DNA of 64,000 bases from Octopus sinensis (GCF_006345805.1 NC_043006.1:58962001-59026000); one strand, 5' to 3'; shown: positions 11,991 to 26,494, numbered from the stretch's first letter. Numbers and translations: made by a program. Notes: generated by a model from the sequence alone, not told the origin.

Positions 11991-13383
11991 CTTTAGAAAT
12001 TAAGAAAATTTTGAATGTAGGAGAATTGATATGAAAACATCTTTAGAAAATTGGCTACAAATACCTTTATACACGAAAAAAGGAGGCAAGCAGCCGCTAC
12101 AAATAATCGAAAACTTTTTTTCCGTCTATAGGGGTATTTTTACTCGATTTTTTCCTGCGATCGAAATTTTCTTAACCCTATAACATCAGTTGAAGTAAAT
12201 TTACGTCCGCTGTGTACTCGCTTTGAATCAGATGACGAAAATATACGCAGCCCTATCTGCTGCGACTTTGTACCTGTTTGTGAACCGATTGATATAAATG
12301 ACCGCTATCACTCATGGAATTGATAATAGAGGTCACCGTGCAAATTTCAAGGCATCTGATAGGTTTGTTAGACTCTTCATGTAAGTATTTCCAACCCAGT
12401 TCGAGACTTCATCACCATAATATTATAAAAGCAGCAGTTTTGGCGGTTACACTACCATTTCCGCTATGAATGTCTATCAAATTCATACGCGTTCAGCAAA
12501 TACTTCTGGTCCTTTACAGAATTTGAAGTTACATCCAGCTGCGCCAGTTTCGTTGAATTTACAGTCTTCGCAGCGATGACAGTTTACTTAAATAAACAGT
12601 GCATGTTTTGAACCGTTGTCGTGCGCTAATTGCTGATCTCGACCAAGATGATTACCGTCAGTACAGCTTAGTTGCATGATAAAAAAAAAACATTGTAATG
12701 GGGTTAATTTTTACAATATGTCACCCACTCAACGCTTCAGCGTTTGTTTATAGACAGACAACGAAATATATCCAGTATGCATGATTTGTATTTAGTTACC
12801 TTCTCTTGAATGAAGAACTAAAGAGCTGAAGGGCTTCATCTACTTCGGGTCCGTTGTGGGTGAGTGTGAATGACCTTCTTCCGTTGGTTATTTCAGTGAC
12901 ATGCTAATTAGCCTAAGGTGGACCCTGACTGATGCTACTACCTCGGGTCACAGTAAACCATGGAACAATAGCATCTAAGCAGTTGTTCATCTCCCCTTTA
13001 AACCCTAGAACTCCCGAACCAGGGTTCCACTACAGATTCAGTCTAAAGCGATACCCAAGAATTGTATATATATATATATATATATATCGTTGCAAACATT
13101 GGCTGAAAGATACCTTTAGTTTCTATAAGTGATTTCTACCATTCTATAAAATTCGACCTTTGACATTTCACTTCCACTAAATATATCTACTTCCACGACT
13201 CTATATCTCTCCGCTATTAGTTTTCCGCCAATTTCTTTCTTTCTCCTCTTTCTCTTTCTTTAAATTACCTTGAAGTTGTATCTACTAACAGTTTTTAAAG
13301 AAAAATTGCTAGTTTTCCCTTCATCGTATACGCAGTCATCACATTCTGTTAAAATGTCCTATTGTTGTGTTTGGTTTCTTTCT

Positions 13384-13470
13384 TTCCCTGATGAGAAGAT
13401 TGCATTGTTTTACTTCCATTTTATTCCTTCTGGAATAATACCAATGTTTTGTTCGAAACATATGTCGGAA
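13384..13470 (+). ncRNA. Type I hammerhead ribozyme, intact core, extended stem II
   Basis: ttcc CTGATGA gaa...(cattg/caatg; ttattcc-ttct-ggaataa)...ttc GAAAC ATAT GTC ggaa. Stem I ttcc/ggaa, palindromic stem III ACATATGT, GUC cleavage triplet ending at 13466. Confidence 0.8.
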
Positions 13471-13626
13471 GTAAAAAGATTTAAATAACACCTGCGTTTA
13501 ACTCTATTTATTTATTTTCCCGTGTTATTTGTAAACATTGAAAAAACACACATAGATTTATATATAAGTATATATGTGTGTGTATATATATGTATATATA
13601 TGTGTGTATATATTTAGATATATATA

Positions 13627-13662
<36 letters not shown>

Positions 13663-13696
13663 TGTATATATGAATGTATGTATATATATATGAATG

Positions 13697-13737
<41 letters not shown>

Positions 13738-13826
13738 ATAAGAGAATTTTTAATGGAGGCAATACTCAGTGTATAGTACACCAATTTTTTTGTGTTTGTT
13801 TATGAGCTAAAGAGTAATAAAAAATC

Positions 13827-14548
13827 TTTTTTGTAGAAGATAAACATTTCAGTCATCAGTACTTTACATCCGAAAGCGAAATCGTGCTTACAGTGATTTA
13901 TAAGACTTGGGTGGGATACATGTTTATATTAAAAATTCAAATAATTAAAAATAATAAAAGATAATAAAAAATATAATAAAAATAACAAGATATAAAATGC
14001 TAAATGAAGTAAGAGATAAGAACATGAAAACCATGTATGTGTGTGTAAATACATGTATTCGAGGGAGAATAAAAAGAGTCAGTAATACGAGATATCATGA
14101 AGGTAAAAGTCAGTTAAAAACCTTTTAAAAGTAAAAATCAGTTAAAAATCTACGGCCGTTTCAGAAAATATTAAGAGGCTTTAGGAACAGTCCATATTCA
14201 ACTCCATCGACTAATATTTCTTTCTTCAGGGTTCACGGTTTGTGGTATGATTCAGTTAAAATTCTACATAATGAATTCCTATTGGTAGGTGGATGTCGAA
14301 TGATTAAAAAATTAACTGGCGTTTTTGATACAGGATCATCCAAGGTTTAGGTCCAGACTTCATTTACATTTTATATCTTATTATTTTTATTATATTTTTA
14401 TTGTCTTTTATTATTATTTATTATTTTTAATTATTTGAATTTTTGATATAATCATGTATCTCATCCAAGTCTTATGATCTCTGTAAGCACGATTTCGTTT
14501 TCGAATGTAAAGTACTGATAACTGAAATTTTTATCTTCTACCAAAAAA
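13827..14548. repeat. Long inverted repeat (arms about 13827-14010 and 14357-14548) enclosing a hammerhead motif
   Basis: Arm 1 (gtagaagataaacatttcagtcatcagtactttacatccgaaagcgaaatcgtgcttacag...) is the reverse complement of arm 2 (ctgtaagcacgatttcgttttcgaatgtaaagtactgataactgaaatttttatcttctac) with scattered mismatches. Confidence 0.9.
14147..14233 (-). ncRNA. Type I hammerhead ribozyme, near-intact, long stem II
   Basis: Minus strand: aacc CTGAAGA a agaaatatta...taatattttct GAAAC GGCC GTA gatt. Palindromic stem III ACGGCCGT; one stem I mismatch. Confidence 0.7.
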
Positions 14549-14649
14549 CTTATTTGTGTGTGTGCGTGCGTGTTTGTGTGTGTGTGCGCGCGTATGTGTG
14601 CGTGTATGTATATATATTTATACATACATACATGTGTGTGTACACGTAT

Positions 14650-14680
<31 letters not shown>

Positions 14681-15379
14681 CACACATATATATACATATT
14701 TATATATATATATATATATATATATGTTTATGAACGTTGTGTGTGCATGATTTATACCGATTTATAGTGGTGAACGATAGTAAACATCGGCGACAGGACT
14801 GCAGTTCCCCCCTAAAATCATTGCTTTTTGAAGGAAGTCTCATGTGATGTTTGCTTTGCAACAGTTTACAGAAAAATCCCTTGTCGCGTTCACCATTACA
14901 ATTGCAGTGCACTATTGACCTCCTCCTTCCATTATTCCTAAATCAAAACGACGTTATTCTTCACCAATTAGGCTATAAATGAAATAAATATAATAAGTGA
15001 AAGGAAACAATTACGTTAAATAATATTATTCGGCATAATGGAATTCTGTGTATCCACGATATTTCGATTGCACGGTAGAAGAAAAAAAAATGGAGATGAT
15101 TATATGTAAAACAAAGAAAACTGCGAGAAATTGTGTGTATACCTTCGAGAAAGATTTTCTTTATACTTTCATACTTCCATGAATAATCAATATATCAATG
15201 AGGATAAAACTCTGGAGAGCTCAGTCGAAGTAGATGTCTTACGGTTTTTCTTATTATTTCTATTATCTCCATTACTCTATATGCCGAGTCCGGCGTCGTC
15301 TTTACCTCATATCCCAGCAGCTATCGATAAAATAAGTAGCAATTAACTACAGGTCTCCTTGTGCCTCGTCCACAGAACA

Positions 15380-15835
15380 TCAATATAATGATGATGACGA
15401 TGATGATGATCATGATAGCAATGATGATGATGATGATGATCATGATGAAGAAAATAATGAGTTTTGTTATGAGTGATGAGGATAATGATAGCAATAAAGG
15501 TGATGGCTGCGATGATGACGATGATGATGATGATGATCTGGAGAGAAGAAAGAGGAGGGAGGGAGATGGGGTGGGATATGATTGTGATGAAGATGATGGC
15601 AATGAAGATAATGGAAATGCTGACGATCAGGTGAGAACGGAGAGACAGAAGAAGCGAAAGAGGAGGTGGATTATGATGATGATGATGATGATGAAAATGA
15701 AGATGACGGAGATGATATTGATGGTGATGATGATGATGATGATGATCACCACCACCATCATTATCATCATCATCATCGTCGTCATCATCAAAAGGAAGAA
15801 AAGGTTGGTTATGATGGTGACTAAGTGGACGATGA
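15380..15835. repeat. (GAT)n/(CAT)n low-complexity tract
   Basis: Imperfect trinucleotide repeats; source of the poly-M/D/I ORF at 15361-15969. Confidence 0.9.
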
Positions 15836-16155
15836 TGGTAACGGTCAATACACTTAGACAGCCAGTACGATTGATGAGAGTGACCTATGCACCAACGTCT
15901 CCAGCTAGCACCGTATCGAACAATCGATGCTGCCTATTCGCATACATCAGTAGTAAATTCTGGTGGTAGCCATAACGGATGTGAGTAAGATGGAATCGGT
16001 CAGAACACAATATGTTGCTCCTCATCCGTAATTATTTTAGAGTGTTCAGTGTATAGGGCCAATGTCACTATTTCTGTCGTTGTTTCGGTGAATTTGGAGT
16101 TGCGGTTTTAAGGTGTAAAAGTAGTGATCCGGTCGGTGTGTTGTAAATATATATA

Positions 16156-16572
16156 GGCGCAGACGTGGCTGTGTGGTAAGAATCTTGCTTCTCAACCACA
16201 TGGTTCCGGACTCAGTCCCACTGTATGGCACCTTGGGCAAGTGTCTTCTACTTTAGCCTCGGGCCGACCAAAAACTTGTGAGTGGATTTGGTAGATGGAA
16301 ACTGAAAAAAGCCCATCGTATATATGTATATAAATATGTGTGTTTGTGGTTGGATTCGCCCCCCCCCCCGCCACCACCGCTTGACAACCGGTGCTAGTGT
16401 GTTTACGTCCCCGTAGCTAAGCAGTTCGGCAAAAGATATCGACAGAATAAGTATCAGGCTTATAAAAATAAGTACTGGGGTTGACACTGTCGACTAAAAA
16501 TTCTTCAAGGCGGTACTCCATCATGACCGCAGCCTAATGATTGCAACAAGTAAAAAGATAAAAGATAAAAAC
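16156..16572 (+). mobile_element. SINE type B copy
   Basis: Head ggcgcagacgtggctgtgtggtaag...ggactcagtcccactg, internal TA/TG spacer, tail catcatgaccgcagcctaatgattgcaacaagtaaaaagataaaag. Confidence 0.9.
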
Positions 16573-16574
16573 AA

Positions 16575-17450
16575 GGTGTTTGGAGATAATGTTTCATGTA
16601 ATAACAGGGGCTATGAAAATTAGGGACGGCTGCAGCATTTTACACTGCGCTCATTGCATGTTCAAGAAGGTTTTTCGGTTTCAGTAGTTTTGAGTCATTC
16701 TATGCATGATTTATGAGTGTGGTGTGCGAACAACCTTAGTTCGCTTTGGCTTTTATTAACTTAGCTATTTCATATGTAACTGGGCTTGTATTTTGCGTTG
16801 TGGCTCATGTCTTTTGTCAGCATCTATAATTGTTTGGTTGAATATATGTACTGCAATGTCTACATTTGTGATTATGGTATTCTTGAATACACTGTACTGT
16901 ACTGTCTATGGTATTCTTGAATACACTGTACTGTATTCTTGAATACACTGTACTGTACTGTCTATGGTATTCTTGAATACACTGTACTGTATTCTTGAAT
17001 ACACTGTACTGTATTCTTGAATACACTGTACTGTATTCTTAAATACACTGTACTGTATTCTTGAATACACTGTACCCAATGTGATATTGAATATATTGTA
17101 CTGTTCCGCTATGTTGGTGATTTTGGATTGCAGTGTTGTTGAAGTTTGAAAGCCATGATGTAGTTCCTTGTTGCGTTGATGCTTTTTTTGAAGTGTATAA
17201 AAATATTTGTTTTCTTTTGTATGATGTAACAGTGCTTTGTGATGGTAAGTGGTAGATGATCCGACAACAGTTACAAAATTGTTTGCCATATAAGAATGGC
17301 GGCTATTTGAAGAACGTAACATCTAAGAAAAAGCTTGCTGTAGTATAGTTGGAGAGATTACTAGATTGCTCAGGATGTAACGGGATTCTATTTGTGAAGT
17401 TATGGTGTTACTATCTTCGTTACCTCTGCCATATAAAGATCATGAAATTC
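16575..17450 (-). mobile_element. Decayed Penelope-like element fragment (RT thumb to Cys-rich linker/GIY-YIG)
   Basis: Minus-strand peptides NFTNRIPLHP...SFFLDVTFFK...RIIYH and HKCRHCSTYI resemble PLE RT and linker motifs. Frameshifts and stops. Confidence 0.5.
16877..17075. repeat. Minisatellite of 22/34-bp units (tattcttgaatacactgtactg)
   Basis: Near-identical tandem units visible directly. Confidence 0.95.
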
Positions 17451-17904
17451 TTCGCGTATTGATGCCTCCGTCAATGATGGTATTGGTGAGGGTGTTGAAG
17501 TGATGTAGTGCGGATGTGTAGGTGATCCCGATGTCGATGTTACTGCTGATGATGTTGATGCTGAACAACCGTGACCTTCTGCGTCATACAAAAAGTTTAG
17601 CGAGATATCCACAGCATCAATGTTACTAAAACTTACTCATGTTTATATGTAAGCATAAAAAGAATGATACATTGACGCATAAAAATTACGCGCAAATACA
17701 CGTACAGAAAAGAATACAGGCGCCGCTTGTTTTTCGTTTACGAGCTTTAGTCATTAGACTCTGGCCATGCTGGTTCACCGCCTTCTTGGGTATAATTGAT
17801 TATATAGTCTAACGTCCTTAATTTCTTTGAAAGAGGGAAGGGTATTTGAACTCATAATAAAAGGACACAAAAAGTAAACAACAAGCTTTTCATCAAAATG
17901 TATG

Positions 17905-18020
17905 GATTCTGCAGCCTTTCATCCTTTCGTGGGGGTCAATAAAATAAGTACCAGTTGAATACTAGGATCGATGTAATCGACTTAACCTCTCCACCGAAAT
18001 TAGTGGCCTTGTGTCAAAAT
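17905..18020 (+). mobile_element. SINE type A 3' fragment
   Basis: gcctttcatcctttcgtgggggtcaataaaataagtaccagttgaatactaggatcgatgtaatcgac...gtgtcaaaat. Confidence 0.75.
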
Positions 18021-18112
<92 letters not shown>

Positions 18113-18607
18113 CACATATACATATATACATACATACATACATACATACATACATAGCACATACATTATTGTTAAGTATCCACACTTCTGCACATTGCAA
18201 AAACACAGATACAGGTATACGTATATACACGCCCAAACACGTATATACATACACATAATATGTTAATATATGTATAGGTGTATAAATCTGTATACATATA
18301 TATGAGTGTGTGTGTATGCATACATGCATACAGCTGCGTGTGTGTGTGTATTCATATAAATTGATTAAACATCATAAATGCCTGTTTACTCAGGTACGTG
18401 AAAATTAATGTTTTATTTACATAAGTATTGTTATATTGTCCCCTCCGGTTTCTATTGTCCATTTCAATGTTTTGATGTGTATGAATCACAAACTGACACA
18501 TCGTAAAGCTCTCAACACGCACATACAAACACGTACGCAGGCACGCACACTTTCGAACTAATATTTGTTTTCATAAAAATAATTGTCTATATAAGTACGT
18601 TTGTGTG

Positions 18608-18660
<53 letters not shown>

Positions 18661-18985
18661 GTATATATATACGTATATATATATATAAATGTTTGTTTGT
18701 GTGTATGTATGTATATATATATATATATAATATATATATATATACACGTATATATTTATATATGTATATATATATAAATGTTTGTTTGTGTGTGTGTATA
18801 TATATATATGTATACATATGTATGTATTTATATATATATATATATATGTATACATATGTATGTATTTATATATATATATGTATACATATGTATGTATTTA
18901 TATATATATATATATGTATACATATGTATGTATTTATATATATATATATATATATGTATACATATGTATGTATTTATATATATAG
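18020..18985. repeat. (TA)n/(CA)n/(TACA)n microsatellite complex
   Basis: Direct inspection. Confidence 0.9.
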
Positions 18986-19694
18986 CTGTGGTGGTGGCGC
19001 TGATGTATATGTACTTCTATATGTGTCAATTTCATACGTAAATACATACATCACACTCATATATATAGATTTGAAATCACACATAAATACAGTGTGTAAT
19101 TAAAAAATAAATATTTTCAGGTATACAAAACCCCTAATATTATTTTAACAATGAACTCAATTCGTGTCTAGAATCAAATATTTGCCGTAAAATTGTCCTC
19201 TGTGGCGTTGAACCATTGCTGGTTGCGGCTTATGTTACAAATTTTTAAGAAAAAGAGTAATAATTGGGCACAGATGTATCTCTGAAGAGCATCAAAGAAT
19301 CCTTGGAATTGGTCAAAATTGGATGGGTCAAAAAGAACGGTTGATTAAGTGGTAACGTTCTGAAATTTTACTTGAGAATGACAGGAAAAAGGAGGGGTTT
19401 AGATAAAAATAGAAAGGTTTAACTAGTTCCATAAGTGGTTAGAAAGTCAAAGAGTGTACAGTGAATTATTATGCATATCAAAAAGAATGGGCGATTGGTT
19501 GCTTGCTGTTTAAAACTTTTACATTGTTGTGCCTGTCAGGCAGGATGTCGAAAATGCTAGAATTTAGGAGAGCTTAAGGCTAGCTTCCTTTAATTATATT
19601 TAATAATACATTTTAGGAATACTTATTATTTGTTGTTTAGGAATAAAACGTTTACTTGATTTTAAGGACAATAACAAAATTAAATATATATGCG

Positions 19695-19850
19695 GGCGCA
19701 GACGTGGCTGTGTGATAAGACGCTTGCTTCCCAACCAAATAGTTCAGTCTCTCTGCGTGGCACCTTGGGCAAGTGCCTTCTGCTATAGCCTCGCGCCAAC
19801 CAGTGCCTTGTGAGTGGATTTCGTAGATGGAAACTGAAAGAAGCTCGTCG

Positions 19851-19926
<76 letters not shown>

Positions 19927-20065
19927 ATATACCTGTGTGTGTTTGTCCCCCGCCAACGCTTGATAACCGGTATTGGTTACATCCCAGTAACTTATCGGTT
20001 CGGAAAAAGAGACCGATAGAATAAGTACTCACCATGGCAGAAGTTAAATGACTGAAACAAGTAAT
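19695..20065 (+). mobile_element. SINE type B copy (internally deleted)
   Basis: ggcgcagacgtggctgtgtgataag...gtggcaccttgggcaagtg...gaccgatagaataagtact...aaatgactgaaacaagta. Confidence 0.9.
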
Positions 20066-20106
20066 ATACATACATACATACATACATACATACATACATA
20101 CATACA

Positions 20107-20164
<58 letters not shown>

Positions 20165-20198
20165 TGTATGTATGTATCTATGTATGTGTGTATGTATG

Positions 20199-20232
<34 letters not shown>

Positions 20233-20246
20233 TGTATGTATGTATG

Positions 20247-20290
<44 letters not shown>

Positions 20291-20292
20291 CA
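20066..20292. repeat. (CATA)n followed by its inverse (TATG)n and (TA)n
   Basis: Direct inspection; the two tetranucleotide blocks are mutually complementary. Confidence 0.9.
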
Positions 20293-20965
20293 CACAAGAG
20301 TTTCGAACTGGAGTATGGAAAATCCGGGCTACATATGTATCACAATGAATGGCACATCAGAAGTGGTAAAATCCATGTGAGGTGTATATCGTTGATTTCT
20401 CTTCAGGCCAAGGATAGTTTGATTAGATTAAAGGATACATTATCGCAAGGAGGTATATGTTGACGCAAAGAGGATCCATTGAGAATGTTGGAGGATACAG
20501 TATGTGAGGGGTGTGTAAATGTGGGGAGAAAGCTAATTTTCTATCTACACCTCGATCCCTGGATCTTATATCTATATATATATATATTAAACGTATATGA
20601 ACCCTAAACGATAACAAAATTCCGAAACCAAATCAAATTGAATGTCCTCACAATAACTTCCTATCGACCATGAAGTATGACAAACGGACGTATTGCGCCA
20701 GCAGATGTTGAAAAATGGTGAAAGAAAAAGCATGAATTTCATATATCTAATTCGTTATGAGCGTCCACTCATTATGAGTGGTTATGAAAACTAAATAAAA
20801 GGTGACAATTTATTGGGTTTGAAAGTTCGCGGAGTACTAAAGTCGGACAAATGAACAAATGAAACTCAAATACTAACTGAATAAAATAAAATAAAATGAA
20901 TGAAAATAATTAAGAAATAACAGTCATTAACGATTTGGGCATCCCTATTGTATGAATGTATGTGT

Positions 20966-21262
20966 GGAGGCATATGGCCTAGTGGTTAGAGAAGCGGACT
21001 TGCGATCGAGGGATCGCGGGTTCGAATCTCAGACTGGGCGATGTGTGTGTTTATGAGCAAAACATCGAAGCTCCACGCGGATCCGGCAGAAGGTAATAGC
21101 GAACTTCTGCTGACACTTTCGCCACAACCTTCTCTCACTCTTTCCTCCTGCATCTTGCAGCTCACCTGCGACGGACCGGCGTCCCGTCCAGGTGGGGAAC
21201 CTATACGCCAATGAAACCGGGAAACCGGTCCTTATGAACCAGGCGTGGCTCGAGAAGGAACA
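20966..21262 (+). mobile_element. tRNA-derived SINE (type C)
   Basis: Head ggaggcatatggcctagtggttagagaagcggacttgcgatcgagggatcgcgggttcgaatctc has A and B boxes and runs into a ~230-bp GC-rich body. Confidence 0.8.
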
Positions 21263-21829
21263 CACATGTATGTATGTATGTATATCCATTCGCGACTGAA
21301 GAAGACTATTACTGAGCTAAGGCATTACTGAGCACACATGCTTGTAGGTACAGGGGTACCTACAAGTATGTATGTATAGACGTAAGCCATGAAGTAAAGT
21401 GTGGGAGAGATCGGTATGCAATCTCATACTACTGTTAATTGAAGGTGTGTTGACGTCCAAAGCTTTGCTATCCAAATTGCGTTGCGAAGAGGAGAAAGTG
21501 GGTTTCAAGATGTCGAAGATGCGAAATATCATGGTGAATAACATGTGCAAATGTCGGATCCTGCATATGTGGATACTTGTAAAGAAATATATAACGCCGG
21601 TACAGATGACGCTCTATTAGTGATTCAACGGGTAGACGTAAAAACATTTCAGTTGGTAGTTTTGCACAGAAAAGTAGCCATGTACCTACGTGCATGTGCG
21701 TGGGTGCCCACAGACATGTCTATGTGTGTGTGTGTGTGTGTGCGTATATGCACGTTCATGTATGTATGCTTATATGTTAGTATATGTGTGCATTTTCTTA
21801 CATATATGCATGCATGTGTATTATGTGAC

Positions 21830-21863
21830 AATGCATATTTATATATATATACATATATATGGG

Positions 21864-21906
<43 letters not shown>

Positions 21907-22307
21907 AATATAGATATATATGTATATATATCTAGATATATATGTATATATATGTACATATGTATGTTATATATATATGTATTATATATGTATATATATG
22001 TATATACATGTATATATATATGTATAAACATGTATATACATATGTATATATGTATATATATATGAATATGTGTATATATATATTTATGTGTGTATATATA
22101 TATATGTACATATATATATTTATATGCGTGTATGTATATATAGTTATATATGTTATATATACTTATATGAGTGTATGTATATATATGTGTATATATATTT
22201 ATACATATATATATATGTATATATGTATATGTATATATATATAAATGTATAAGTATATATATCTCTGCGTATATATATTATGTATATGTATATATATATA
22301 TATATAT

Positions 22308-22357
<50 letters not shown>

Positions 22358-22964
22358 AGGAGAATTTAAAAAAAACAAAGACGAGACAGGTGGTGTAGAC
22401 AACAACAGAGGATGTATTAGTTTAACGCTAGGGATGTGAAAAAGTTTTTAACGTTTAAGGTATGTATATATAATATATGTGAATGTGTATATATATGTGG
22501 TATAGATATATGTATATAAATATATATATATATATGTACATAGTATATATGTGCATATATATATATGTATACATGTATGTATATATGTACATATATATAT
22601 ATATATTATATATATTATATATATAATATATAAAAATAAGATATATATATATAGATATAAATAAATATATATATAAAAATAAATATATATAATATATATA
22701 TATAAATATATAGATAATATATATAAATATATAAAATACATATATATATATATAATAAATATATTAATATATATATAAATATATATATATAATAATATAA
22801 TATATATATATATAAATAAATATATATATATATATAAATAAATATATATATATATATAAATAAATATATATATATATAAATAAATATATATGTATAATAA
22901 ATATATATATAATATCTATATATATATAATAAATAAATATATATATATATATATATAAATAAAT

Positions 22965-22995
<31 letters not shown>

Positions 22996-23220
22996 AAAAA
23001 ATATATATATATATATATAAATAAATATATATATATATATAAATATATGATATATATATATATATAATATATATATATATAATATATAATATTAATATAT
23101 ATATAAATAAATATATATATATTATATATATAAATAAATATATATATATATATATATAAATAAATATATATATATATATAAATAAATAAATATATATATA
23201 TATATATATATAAACTAATC

Positions 23221-23251
<31 letters not shown>

Positions 23252-23621
23252 ATATATATTATATATAATATAAATATTATTATATATATATATATATAAA
23301 TAATATATATATAAATAATATATATATAATATATATATAATATATATATAAATAATATATATATAATAATATAAATAAATATATATATATATATAAATAA
23401 ATATAATATATATATAAATATATATATATTATATATATATATATAAATATATCTATATATAATATATATCTATATAATATATATATATATATATAGATAT
23501 ATATATATAATATATATTATATATATATATATATATATAATATATTATAATATAATATATATATATATATATAATATTAATATATATATATATCTATATA
23601 TATATATAAATATATATAGAT

Positions 23622-23654
<33 letters not shown>

Positions 23655-23698
23655 ATATTATATATATATATATATATATAATAATATATATCTAATAT

Positions 23699-23738
<40 letters not shown>

Positions 23739-23862
23739 CTATATATAAATAATATATATATATATATTATATATATATATATATAATATAATATATATAT
23801 ATTATATATATATAATATATATATATATATTAATATAGTATATATATATATTATATATAAAT

Positions 23863-23947
<85 letters not shown>

Positions 23948-24115
23948 TATATATATATATATAAATAATAATTATAATATAATATATATAATTATAAATA
24001 TATATATAGATATATATATATAAATAAATAATATATATATATATATAGATATAATAATATATATATATATATTAATAATAATATATATATATATATATAA
24101 TCGATATATAAATAA

Positions 24116-24153
<38 letters not shown>

Positions 24154-24279
24154 TAATAATATAATATAATAATAATATATATAATAAATAATTATATATA
24201 TAATATATATATAATAAATAAAATATTTAATATATAATATATATTATAAATAAATAAATATATATAGTATATAAAATAA

Positions 24280-24311
<32 letters not shown>

Positions 24312-24413
24312 TCTAATAAAATAAATAATATATATATATATATAATATCTATATATATATATAAATAATAAATATATTATATATATAATAATATATATAT
24401 ATATAATAAATAA

Positions 24414-24445
<32 letters not shown>

Positions 24446-24696
24446 AATATAAATATTAAATATATTAATATATATAATTATATATATAAATAAATATATA
24501 TATAATATATAAATATATATATAATAATATATATATATATTAAATAAAAATATAATATATATATAATAAATAATATATATATATATAAATAAATATATAT
24601 ATATATATAAATAAATATTATAATAAAATAAATATATATTATATATATATATAAATTAAATATATATATATATAATATATATAAATAAATTATATA

Positions 24697-24771
<75 letters not shown>

Positions 24772-24944
24772 ATATAATATATATAAATAAATATATATAT
24801 ATATATAAATAAATATATATATATATTATAATATTATAAATAATATATATATAATATATAAATAAATATTATATATAATATATATAAATAAATAATATAT
24901 ATATATATATATAAATAAATATATATATATATATATATAAATAA

Positions 24945-24975
<31 letters not shown>

Positions 24976-25055
24976 TATATATTATTATAAATATATATAT
25001 AATTATATATATATATATAATATAAATAAATTATAATATATATATATATAAATAA

Positions 25056-25086
<31 letters not shown>

Positions 25087-25255
25087 ATCTATATATATAT
25101 ATAATATATATATATAAATAAATATTATATATATATTATATAAAATAAATATATATATATATATAAATAAATATATATATATATATTATAAATAAATATA
25201 TATATATAATATATATATATAAAAAAATATTATATATATATATATATATATATAA

Positions 25256-25310
<55 letters not shown>

Positions 25311-25315
25311 TATAT

Positions 25316-25356
<41 letters not shown>

Positions 25357-25412
25357 TATATATATATATATATAAATATATATAATATATAATATATATA
25401 TATAAATAAATA

Positions 25413-25452
<40 letters not shown>

Positions 25453-25457
25453 TATAT

Positions 25458-25488
<31 letters not shown>

Positions 25489-25563
25489 ATATATATTATA
25501 TATATATATAATATATATAAAAATAAATAAATATATATATATATTATATATATATATAAATAA

Positions 25564-25602
<39 letters not shown>

Positions 25603-25605
25603 TAA

Positions 25606-25637
<32 letters not shown>

Positions 25638-25642
25638 AATAA

Positions 25643-25684
<42 letters not shown>

Positions 25685-25712
25685 TAATATATATATATAT
25701 ATAATATATATA

Positions 25713-25763
<51 letters not shown>

Positions 25764-25771
25764 AATAAATA

Positions 25772-25809
<38 letters not shown>

Positions 25810-25812
25810 TAT

Positions 25813-25850
<38 letters not shown>

Positions 25851-25858
25851 ATAAATAA

Positions 25859-25900
<42 letters not shown>

Positions 25901-26068
25901 TATATATATATATATAAATAAATAAATAATATATATATATATATATATATATATTAAATAAAATAAATAAATATATATATATATTATTATATATATATAA
26001 ATAAATAAATATATATATATATAAATAAATAAAATATATATATATATAATATATATATATATAAATAA

Positions 26069-26107
<39 letters not shown>

Positions 26108-26138
26108 ATATATAATATAATATATATATATATATATA

Positions 26139-26187
<49 letters not shown>

Positions 26188-26192
26188 TATAT

Positions 26193-26233
<41 letters not shown>

Positions 26234-26375
26234 AAATATTATATATATATATATAATATATATATATAATATTAATATATATATAAAAAAATAAATATAT
26301 ATATATATATAATATATAAATAAATCTAATATATAATATATATATATATAATATATATAAATAATAAATAAATAA

Positions 26376-26437
<62 letters not shown>

Positions 26438-26447
26438 AATAAATTAA

Positions 26448-26491
<44 letters not shown>

Positions 26492-26494
26492 TAA

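Noticed and set aside
13845-13860. CTGATGA-ct-GAAA on the minus strand (similar strings near 20395 and 33455)
   Set aside because: There is no stem II between the core halves, so it cannot fold as a hammerhead.
15313-15327. Possible 15-nt minus-strand microexon (ttttatcgatag|ctgctgggatatgag|gtaaag)
   Set aside because: Splice-like strings of this quality arise by chance in 64 kb, and there are no partner exons to anchor it.
15361-15969. 202-aa ORF and the other long low-complexity ORFs (YIYI, CVCV, poly-T/N/L/H)
   Set aside because: These are translations of di-, tri- and tetranucleotide microsatellites that lack stop codons.
16877-17075. Regular short repeats considered as a CRISPR array (the 182-bp array at 1-775 was considered too)
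   Set aside because: There are no unique spacers, the context is eukaryotic and there are no cas genes. These are simple tandem repeats.
20966-21040. tRNA-like sequence (also at 50181 and 8910-8982)
   Set aside because: A and B boxes are present, but each runs into a long non-tRNA body with no matching acceptor stem. These are SINE heads, not tRNA genes.
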